Shown here in pieces: positions 58,194 to 64,000 of a DNA stretch of 64,000 nucleotides. Numbering within the stretch: the stretch's first letter is position 1; each line of letters opens with the position of its first letter. The notes under the pieces are model-generated. The model did not search any database, was not told the origin of the DNA, and saw only the letters and a program-made list of their open reading frames with translations. The position numbers and the translations under genes are program-made. Source of the stretch: an uncultured bacterium (GTDB lineage Bacteria; Nitrospirota; Thermodesulfovibrionia; Thermodesulfovibrionales; JdFR-86). Location: the NCBI GenBank assembly GCA_965372535.1, contig CBDVCR010000001.1, forward strand, positions 11,290-75,289, in the 5' to 3' direction.

Positions 58194-58758
58194 CCCGCTG
58201 TAGTCGGTCACACAGTTTGGAATTATTGGCCATTTGATCTGAGATTTATTAAGAAAATAAGCGGGATTTGCCGGGAATAGTAAAGAATCGGCGGGATTTT
58301 CAAAAGTTATTTGACCAGTTAGGCATTCCGGTTATCGGGGAATATTTCTTATGGCAAAATCCTCCTTCTCTGAGCCTTGAACACCTGACAAAAAAATCGC
58401 GCTTTTGAGACTTTTTCGAGGAAAGCTCACCCTTTCCCGCTGATTCCGCAAAGACCGGCACGGGATAGGGCTGAACCTGGCCGAAAACCTCAGGGTCGAG
58501 TTCCGCTCCTGAATTGAAGGAGTAGTCCTTGCGGGTAAGCTGAAGAAGAGCATCGTCCATTAGTACGGTATGCCACATTGTCCGATTTTTGTGTGAAATG
58601 GCGCACCTCAATTACTTCGGGTATGCGATATCACACTAAATCAGCCTGATTTTCCGGTTGTCCCTTGCCGGGGAATCTCAATAAAAAAAATCATTTCCCG
58701 CTCAAACCCGCATGGATACTATTTTAGATAGTTTTGCATATTTAATTTGCCACCAAAC

Positions 58759-58774
58759 TGGCACGCAACTTGTA
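58759..58774 (+). promoter_or_regulatory. possible sigma-54 promoter (TGGCAC-gcaac-TTGT)
   Basis: The -24 element is perfect, but -12 is TGT rather than TGC. It ends about 12 nt before the riboswitch-like leader. Confidence 0.35.
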
Positions 58775-58786
58775 TGGAAGAGAGAG

Positions 58787-58918
58787 CCACCGAAAAGAGC
58801 AAAGCCGGGGTAACCGGGCGGCGCAAAGCCACCTGCCCTGAGTTAATCGAAGGGTAGAGGGGGTTGCCGAAGTGGAAAGAGCAGCATCTTCGGCCCGTCT
58901 TTTCGGAGGCGGGTTTTT
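58787..58918 (+). promoter_or_regulatory. GEMM-I (cyclic-dinucleotide) riboswitch-like leader with terminator, upstream of the transglutaminase-core gene
   Basis: The RNA reads CCACCGAAAAGAGCAAAGCCGGG-GUAA-CCGGGC-GGCGCAAAGCCACCUGCCCU..AGGGUAGAGGGGGUUGCCGAAGUGG. It aligns along its length with Vc2 (..GGGACGCAAAGCC..GGUAGCGGGGUUACCGAUGG). The hairpin CCCGUCU..GGAGGCGGG-U5 follows. Confidence 0.8.
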
Positions 58919-58945
58919 ATGTTTACAACATTCGGGGGAGGTACG

Positions 58946-61930
58946 ATGGACTTCAGGCATACGCTTATCGCGAGGGCCGTATCATTTATAGTCCTGCTCC
59001 TGTTTTCGTGGACGTTCGCGGGCGTTTACGACGTGGCCTATGCTGTCAAGAACAGCGGCGAGTTATTCAACAAAGACAACCGTGTTCGCACCATAAGGGG
59101 AAAGACCGCCGCCGGGAAGTTCGAGGAGGCCGTCGAGCGCATGGAGGAGGCCCTTGCCGACCCCTCGCTTGAGATGAAGGACAAGAAGGGCCGGCTGGCG
59201 AAGGTCAGGTCAGAGATGGAGAGGCTTGCGGAAAAACTCAGGGAGGAGTTCGGGGCCACGGAAAAAAAGCTCAGGGAAGACGGGCTTCCCCCGGAGATAC
59301 TTGACAGGCATCATGATTTTGTAAAGCGCTTCGAGGAGAACCTGGACACGGTGCTCGAGCACATCGAGTCCATTGACCGGGCGGCAACGCATTCTGATTT
59401 CGACAAGCGGGTGGGAAAAGCTCTTGAGCATGTCAAAAAGGCAAAGCCGCCGAAGAAGCACGTTCCCCTCGACCCCGACAACCTCCCCCACCGTGCCGCC
59501 GAGCCCACCAGGAAGGAGCCCAGGCTCAAGAAAGAGGAGTTCATAAACGGCATGAGGGCACAGGCCGAGCCCATCCTTGTTGCCTCCACGGGTTCCCTTG
59601 CCGGGCTTCTGGATGAGAACTCACAATATATGCAGCTTGCCCTGGCCGTCGGGCTGCCCGGGCAGGCCGACCTTGCCGAGACAGTGGAGATAAAATTCAC
59701 TCCCGCCATACAGACCAGGGCCGAGGAGCTTGGCGGCAGGCCCCTTGCCATCTACGAGTGGGTGAGGAATAACGTGGAGTTCGTGCCCACCTGGGGCTCC
59801 ATACAGGGTGCGGACTACTGCCTTCAGACCATGCAGTGCAATGCCTTCGACACGGCAAGCCTGCTTATCGCCCTTCTCAGGGCCTCGGGCATCCCGGCCC
59901 GGTACGCCATGGGCACGGTGGAGATGCCCATGGAAAAAGTCATGAACTGGGCCGGAGGGTTTACTGATGCCAACGCGGCCCTTAACTTCATGGCCTCGGG
60001 CGGCATACCCGCAGGGGGGCTCGTCGAGGGCGGGCGGATAAAGGTCGTCCAGATGGAGCACGTCTGGGTGGAGGCATGGATTGATTACATCCCCTCGCGC
60101 GGGGCGCGGCACAGGCAGGGCGGAGGCGATACTTGGATACCCCTGGACGCGAGCTTCAAGCAGTATGCCTATACGGACGGCATGGACGTTAGCTCGGCGG
60201 TTCCATTTGACGCCGAGGGGTTTGCCGACGCCCTCATATCCTCTGCAATCATAAACGAGACGGACGGCTACGTCACCGGGGTGGACTCTGCCTACATCCA
60301 GCAGGCGATGAGCGAATATCAGGCTCAGGTCAGCGATTATATCACTACTAATCATCCTGACGCCACGGTGGGCGACGTTCTTGGAAAGAATGAAATCATT
60401 GTCCAGAAATTTCCGTATCTTCTGGGTACGCTTCCTTACAGGCTCAGGGTAACGGGGGCGCGGTACAGCAGTATGCCCGACAGCTACCGGCATAAGATCG
60501 AGTTCTACCTCGCCGCCGAGAGCATAATTTCCGGGTCAATGCCCATAAGCATCACCAGGAGCCTGCCCGAGCTTGCGGGGAGGAAGATAACGCTCAGCTA
60601 CTCTCCGGCCACTCCAGAGGATGAGGCGGTTATCAACTCCTATCTGCCAGAGCCCCATCCTGACGGCACGCCCATAGACCCCTCTGAGTTTCCGTCCTCG
60701 CTTCCGGCGTATCTGATAAACTTAAAGCCGGAACTGAGAATGGACGGCGAGGTGGCAGCCACGGGCGGGGCGATAGGCATGGGCCATATACAGAAACTCG
60801 ACATGACGTTTACATCTCCGAGCCATGGAAGCGGCGTGGTGGCAAACAAGGTCAATGCGGGCGAGTACTTCGGCATCGCGCTGGATTTGGCCGGGATATC
60901 CGGGCCGCAGATGGAGGCCGTCAAGGCGAAACTTGAGAGCACCAAGGCGAAGCTCGAGTCGGGCAACTACGAGGGGCTTACCAAGGACGACGTCTTGGGC
61001 GACCTGCTCTATGCCACGGCGCTTTCTTACTTCGCGGAGCTCGACGCAATGGACCACGTGCAGGCAAGGACAATGGGGGTGGTTGACATAAGGCTCCCGT
61101 CCGAGAATATTTTCAAGACGGCGCTGGAAGTGGAGCATTCCTTCGGCGTTCCCGTATCCGTTAGCGCGGGCGGGCTTGCGATGGACGCAGACAGGATGTT
61201 GAGCCTTTCGAAGGCCAGGGACGGAGACTATGAGAAGAAGAGGCAGTTCATGCTGGCCTCCGGGATGAACTCATCGGCCCTGGAGCACAGCGTGCCGGAG
61301 CAGTTGTTCTCGACGCCCGAAAACCCGGTCGAGGGGATAAGCGCGGTCAAGGCCCTCCAGATAGCCAACGGGCAGGGCATACCGATATATACGGTCACCA
61401 GGGACAACATCGCCGCGGTGTTTCCGCAGCTACAACTTGACCCCCGGGTGATTAATGATATTTTAAACGCCGTGAATGCGGGCATGGAGGTTACGGTCTC
61501 GAAGACGGACATAACCTACAACGGCTGGATCGGCTGCGGCTACCTCGTCATAAACCCCCTGACGGGTTCCGGCGGGTATATGATTAGCGGGGGTGCGAGC
61601 GGGGCAGTTTTGCTGGTGCTTACCCTTATTTTTAGTTTATTAGCGATAGTGACCGCCGCACCTACTGGCGGAATAGGAGCAGTTTTCTTTGGAATGCATG
61701 CTATTGCAACATTGGAAGGCGCAATCGCTGCATTGTATGGGAAGGATAAATTAAATGAATTTATGAATTGTTTAGTTAAAAGCGTTGCCAAGATTATTGT
61801 TAAAGATAAGACTGCTCACTATTTAAAACCGTATTTAATACCTGCAGTAGCTGTACTGTTACCTTACATCCTATCATTTACTGCTGGTTGGTCCATAGGT
61901 AAATGTATCAGTGACACATTTTACAATTAA
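58946..61930 (+). CDS. large secreted/membrane protein with a transglutaminase-like Cys-His-Asp core, a conserved pre-C-terminal block and a variable hydrophobic C-terminal cassette
   Basis: The ATG at 58946 follows a GGGGGAGG RBS, and there is a signal/anchor sequence. The core is QCNAFDTASLLIALLRASGIPARY, EHVWVEAW and WIPLDAS. The last ~105 aa are AT-rich at DNA level and transmembrane-like. Confidence 0.8.
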   Translation: MDFRHTLIARAVSFIVLLLFSWTFAGVYDVAYAVKNSGELFNKDNRVRTIRGKTAAGKFEEAVERMEEALADPSLEMKDKKGRLAKVRSEMERLAEKLREEFGATEKKLREDGLPPEILDRHHDFVKRFEENLDTVLEHIESIDRAATHSDFDKRVGKALEHVKKAKPPKKHVPLDPDNLPHRAAEPTRKEPRLKKEEFINGMRAQAEPILVASTGSLAGLLDENSQYMQLALAVGLPGQADLAETVEIKFTPAIQTRAEELGGRPLAIYEWVRNNVEFVPTWGSIQGADYCLQTMQCNAFDTASLLIALLRASGIPARYAMGTVEMPMEKVMNWAGGFTDANAALNFMASGGIPAGGLVEGGRIKVVQMEHVWVEAWIDYIPSRGARHRQGGGDTWIPLDASFKQYAYTDGMDVSSAVPFDAEGFADALISSAIINETDGYVTGVDSAYIQQAMSEYQAQVSDYITTNHPDATVGDVLGKNEIIVQKFPYLLGTLPYRLRVTGARYSSMPDSYRHKIEFYLAAESIISGSMPISITRSLPELAGRKITLSYSPATPEDEAVINSYLPEPHPDGTPIDPSEFPSSLPAYLINLKPELRMDGEVAATGGAIGMGHIQKLDMTFTSPSHGSGVVANKVNAGEYFGIALDLAGISGPQMEAVKAKLESTKAKLESGNYEGLTKDDVLGDLLYATALSYFAELDAMDHVQARTMGVVDIRLPSENIFKTALEVEHSFGVPVSVSAGGLAMDADRMLSLSKARDGDYEKKRQFMLASGMNSSALEHSVPEQLFSTPENPVEGISAVKALQIANGQGIPIYTVTRDNIAAVFPQLQLDPRVINDILNAVNAGMEVTVSKTDITYNGWIGCGYLVINPLTGSGGYMISGGASGAVLLVLTLIFSLLAIVTAAPTGGIGAVFFGMHAIATLEGAIAALYGKDKLNEFMNCLVKSVAKIIVKDKTAHYLKPYLIPAVAVLLPYILSFTAGWSIGKCISDTFYN
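61181..61611 (+). repeat. conserved ~430-bp block, copy 1 (inside the large gene)
   Basis: It aligns colinearly (constant offset 1186 bp, no indels seen) with 62367-62797 at high identity. It encodes MDADRMLSLSKARDGDYEKKRQFML...GSGGYMISGGASGAV. Confidence 0.85.
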
Positions 61931-61945
61931 CCGAGGAAGATAATT

Positions 61946-62275
61946 ATGCTGAACTTAATAAGAGAAAATCCCAATCTAATTTTAGGATTAATAATATTAA
62001 CTGCTCTGATTATTGCACTGCTTATTTCGATAAAGAGAGGTGACTATCATCACTCCTACAAGAAATCACTTATTATTTTTGGAGTTGGAATAATTGATTT
62101 AATTGTAGGTATTATCTTTAACTCGATTGAAGTCGGTCGATGGGATAAGGAAACAATTACATCATACTTATTCTTAAAAACCGATAATCTTATTTTAGTG
62201 ATTTTTGGTTATGTCTTTCTTGTAACTGGAGTCTTCCAATTCTTGGTTACAATTGTTAATCGCTTTAGGGCTTAA
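61946..62275 (+). CDS. small 3-TM membrane protein (candidate cognate/immunity partner of C-terminal cassette 1)
   Basis: 109 aa, GAGGAAG RBS, AT-rich, three hydrophobic helices. Confidence 0.55.
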   Translation: MLNLIRENPNLILGLIILTALIIALLISIKRGDYHHSYKKSLIIFGVGIIDLIVGIIFNSIEVGRWDKETITSYLFLKTDNLILVIFGYVFLVTGVFQFLVTIVNRFRA

Positions 62276-62313
62276 AGCTTAAGCAGCACGTTCTTTGACA
62301 ACATGGGAGGCAA

Positions 62314-62348
62314 GGCGGGCACGAAGGCTCAGAGTGTTCGTGCCCGCC
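62314..62348 (+). other. perfect 12-bp GC-rich hairpin at the junction before the orphan module
   Basis: ggcgggcacgaa-ggctcagagtg-ttcgtgcccgcc. No U-tract follows. Confidence 0.6.
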
Positions 62349-62366
62349 TTCAAAAGGAAGCGAAGA

Positions 62367-62797
62367 ATGGACATAGACCACGACATGGTGATGGTGAAGG
62401 CGCGTGACGGAGACGACGAGAAGAAGAGGCAATTCATGCTGGCCTCCGGGATGAACGGCTCGGCCCTGGAGCACTCGGTGCCGGAGCAGTTGTTCAGGAC
62501 ACCCGAAAACCCGGTCGAGGGCATATCGGCGGTCAAGGCGCTCCAGATAGCCAACGAGCAGGGCATACCGATATATACTATCGACCGGTCAAATATAAGC
62601 ACGGTCCTTCCTCAGCTTCAGGTTGATGCCCAGGTAATAAATGACATAAGGAATGCCGTGAATGCGGGGAAAGAAGTGACTGTCTCGAAGACGGACATCA
62701 GCTACAACGGCTGGACAGGCTGCGGCTACATAGTCATAAACCCCGTCACCGGCTCCGGCGGGTATATGATTAGCGGGGGAATGGCGGGGGCGGTTGT
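62367..62797 (+). repeat. conserved ~430-bp block, copy 2
   Basis: See 61181-61611. Confidence 0.85.
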
Positions 62798-63170
62798 TGA
62801 TATAGACGATATTAAGGTTATATGGTTTGGTATTGCCACAAACTTAATATTGTGGGGACCTATCATTATGGGTGTAGGAATGGCTGTCCCTATTGCTGGG
62901 CTTGCTTTGACTGGTGCAATAATCACAGGGCTTGGAGCAGGTATGGTGCTGAGCCAGATTCTGCCTGAAGAAGTTAAAGACTTCATTTTGGAAGCACTAT
63001 CAGATACCAGCGTCATGATTGGAATTCTAACTACCATGTCAATCTTGGGAATATCAACATGTTTATTTGCTGTTGTTGCTCTTCTTCTGCTTTACAATCT
63101 ATATGTACAAACACAAGCCAGTATAAATTATAGATTTCCATATTATTCGACAAAAAATACGTATGCATAA
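62367..63170 (+). CDS. orphan C-terminal module: a copy of the conserved block fused to a second, unrelated hydrophobic glycine-zipper-rich cassette
   Basis: MDIDHDMVMVKARDGDDEKKRQFML...GSGGYMISGGMAGAV is followed by a divergent ~125 aa (..GVGMAVPIAGLALTGAIITGLGAG..). An AAGGAAG lies 6 nt before the ATG. Confidence 0.65.
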   Translation: MDIDHDMVMVKARDGDDEKKRQFMLASGMNGSALEHSVPEQLFRTPENPVEGISAVKALQIANEQGIPIYTIDRSNISTVLPQLQVDAQVINDIRNAVNAGKEVTVSKTDISYNGWTGCGYIVINPVTGSGGYMISGGMAGAVVDIDDIKVIWFGIATNLILWGPIIMGVGMAVPIAGLALTGAIITGLGAGMVLSQILPEEVKDFILEALSDTSVMIGILTTMSILGISTCLFAVVALLLLYNLYVQTQASINYRFPYYSTKNTYA

Positions 63171-63186
63171 TAATTATGGATGAGAA

Positions 63187-63591
63187 ATGATAGAAAAAGT
63201 TATTTCATTAATTGTTATACCTGCAGCCTTGATTTATATAGCAGTTATTGCTAGGCAAAGATTGTATGCTTACATAGGAATAGTTTTTCTATTTCTGATG
63301 ATTTTGATGGCTTTTCCTGATACTGCTGTATTTTTCTCTCTCCATGAAAATTACTTTCCATGGGTGACAGAAAAAATGATATTTAATGCGATAACTACCA
63401 TAACTATAATTGTAGGGCTTATTTTAGCAATTCATTGTTATAAAGCAGAAGCAAAAGCTAAAAAAGAAGGCAATCCAATAATCTTAAAGAGCGATTTCAG
63501 GAAAATACTGGCTCCATCAAAAGGGAATATTACATTTTGGATTATTATCATTATTTATTACATCAGCACCAAGATATTTCTTGGCAATTAA
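63187..63591 (+). CDS. small 4-TM membrane protein (candidate cognate/immunity partner of C-terminal cassette 2)
   Basis: 134 aa, AT-rich, four hydrophobic helices. Confidence 0.5.
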   Translation: MIEKVISLIVIPAALIYIAVIARQRLYAYIGIVFLFLMILMAFPDTAVFFSLHENYFPWVTEKMIFNAITTITIIVGLILAIHCYKAEAKAKKEGNPIILKSDFRKILAPSKGNITFWIIIIIYYISTKIFLGN

Positions 63592-63632
63592 GGCTAAACA
63601 TATAAAGCAAAGGTTTTTACATATATAACAAA

Positions 63633-63751
63633 CCACCGAAAGGGCAAGGCCGGGGCGACCCGGCGGCGCAAAGCCACCTGTCCCATTAAGGATAGAGGGG
63701 CCGTCGAAGTGGGAAGAAACTTTGCCCACCCTTTCGGAGGTGGGCTTTTTT
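63633..63751 (+). promoter_or_regulatory. GEMM-I (cyclic-di-GMP type) riboswitch-like leader with terminator
   Basis: The RNA reads CCACCGAAAGGGCAAGGCCGGG-GCGA-CCCGGC-GGCGCAAAGCCACCUGUCC..GGAUAGAGGGGCCGUCGAAGUGG. The hairpin GCCCACCC-UUUC-GGAGGUGGGC-U6 follows. Confidence 0.8.
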
Positions 63752-63800
63752 AATGGAGATGGAGAATAAAAGTAAAAAAACAATAGGAATGGAGGCAGCC

Positions 63801-64000
63801 ATGAAACAGGGGGGCATATTCATAACAGCGGTCATTACCTTAATCTTGATTTGCACGCCTGGCCCGGGCCATGCCCGGACGCCCGAGATAGAAAGCGGGC
63901 TCAATTACCTGGCCTCCACGCAGAACGCCGACGGCTCATGGGGCGCCGCCGCCTCCGCAACCGATTCCATGACCGCCACGGCCGAGGCGATAGGCGCTCA
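63801..64000 (+). CDS. secreted protein, N-terminal part (prenyltransferase/squalene-oxidase-type repeat beginning); the 3' end lies outside the window
   Basis: The ATG follows GGAGG, and there is a signal peptide. LNYLASTQNADGSWG resembles the terpenoid-cyclase/prenyltransferase repeat. Confidence 0.5.
   Translation, partial: MKQGGIFITAVITLILICTPGPGHARTPEIESGLNYLASTQNADGSWGAAASATDSMTATAEAIGA

Noticed and set aside
58593-58608. A fourth CRP-like box, TGTGAAATGGCGCACC.
   Set aside because: Only one half-site matches, and it lies within or next to a doubtful 103-aa ORF (58300-58611) in an AT-rich spacer. It lacks the shared TTCAAA spacer and A-run flank of the other three.
58300-58611. A 103-aa minus-strand ORF (MWHTVLMDDALLQLTRKDYSFNSGAELDPEVFGQ..) in the AT-rich gap before the cassette locus.
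   Set aside because: It has no recognisable motif, no convincing RBS, and a composition-driven ORF is possible. It is left unannotated; a homology search could rescue it.
62295-62366. The orphan module starting at 62295, the ORF-track start.
   Set aside because: The first 24 codons run through the 12-bp hairpin and have no counterpart in the large gene. The homology and an RBS-preceded ATG begin at 62367.
63582-63600. A sigma-54-like TGGCA..GC upstream of the fourth riboswitch.
   Set aside because: The GG-to-GC spacing is two bases short of the -24/-12 consensus, and the distance to the leader is too long. A sigma-70 promoter with TATAAC at 63624-63629 seems more likely but is unproven.

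Overview
This is a bacterial, Gram-negative-type chromosome segment, mostly high-GC with sharply AT-rich islands. It falls into four blocks. (1) 1-11.2 kb holds housekeeping and regulatory genes: the tail of a c-type cytochrome, trpS, an M50 protease, a nucleotide-sugar dehydrogenase, glmS, and a histidine kinase with an NtrC-type regulator. It also holds a lipoprotein gene and a PEP-CTERM protein gene that diverge from facing sigma-54 promoters. (2) 11.5-44.3 kb is a large PEP-CTERM/exosortase exopolysaccharide locus. It encodes PrsT, a Wza-like exporter, a chain-length determinant, a tyrosine-kinase-like ATPase, an ExeA-like ATPase, a NusG paralog, an outer-membrane barrel and the priming transferase. 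It also encodes WbpB/D/E-like enzymes, FemAB-like, deacetylase, radical-SAM, ATP-grasp and methyltransferase genes, DUF354, a Wzy-like protein, GT2, GT4, a beta-helix protein, Wzx, a 2-epimerase, the exosortase, and PrsK/PrsR. (3) 44.3-51.3 kb looks like a cyclic-dinucleotide module. A Crp/Fnr regulator sits with three near-perfect TGTGA-N6-TCACA boxes, two GEMM-I riboswitch-like leaders, two FN3/PKD surface proteins and a GAF-HisKA-GAF-HD-GYP protein. (4) 51.8-64 kb holds a decayed IS110 copy, argH, an FN3 lipoprotein, pgi and a DUF3365 haem sensor. It ends with the most unusual locus in the window. A riboswitch-preceded ~1000-aa transglutaminase-core protein carries an AT-rich, hydrophobic C-terminal cassette followed by a small polytopic membrane protein. 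Downstream lies an orphan copy of the last conserved ~430 bp, fused to a different C-terminal cassette and a second small membrane protein. This layout resembles polymorphic toxin/immunity loci. Four GEMM-I-like elements are present in total. Three of them carry A at the position aligned with Vc2 G20, the change associated with cGAMP-selective GEMM-Ib. All calls rest on reading the sequence and translations by eye; no searches were run.
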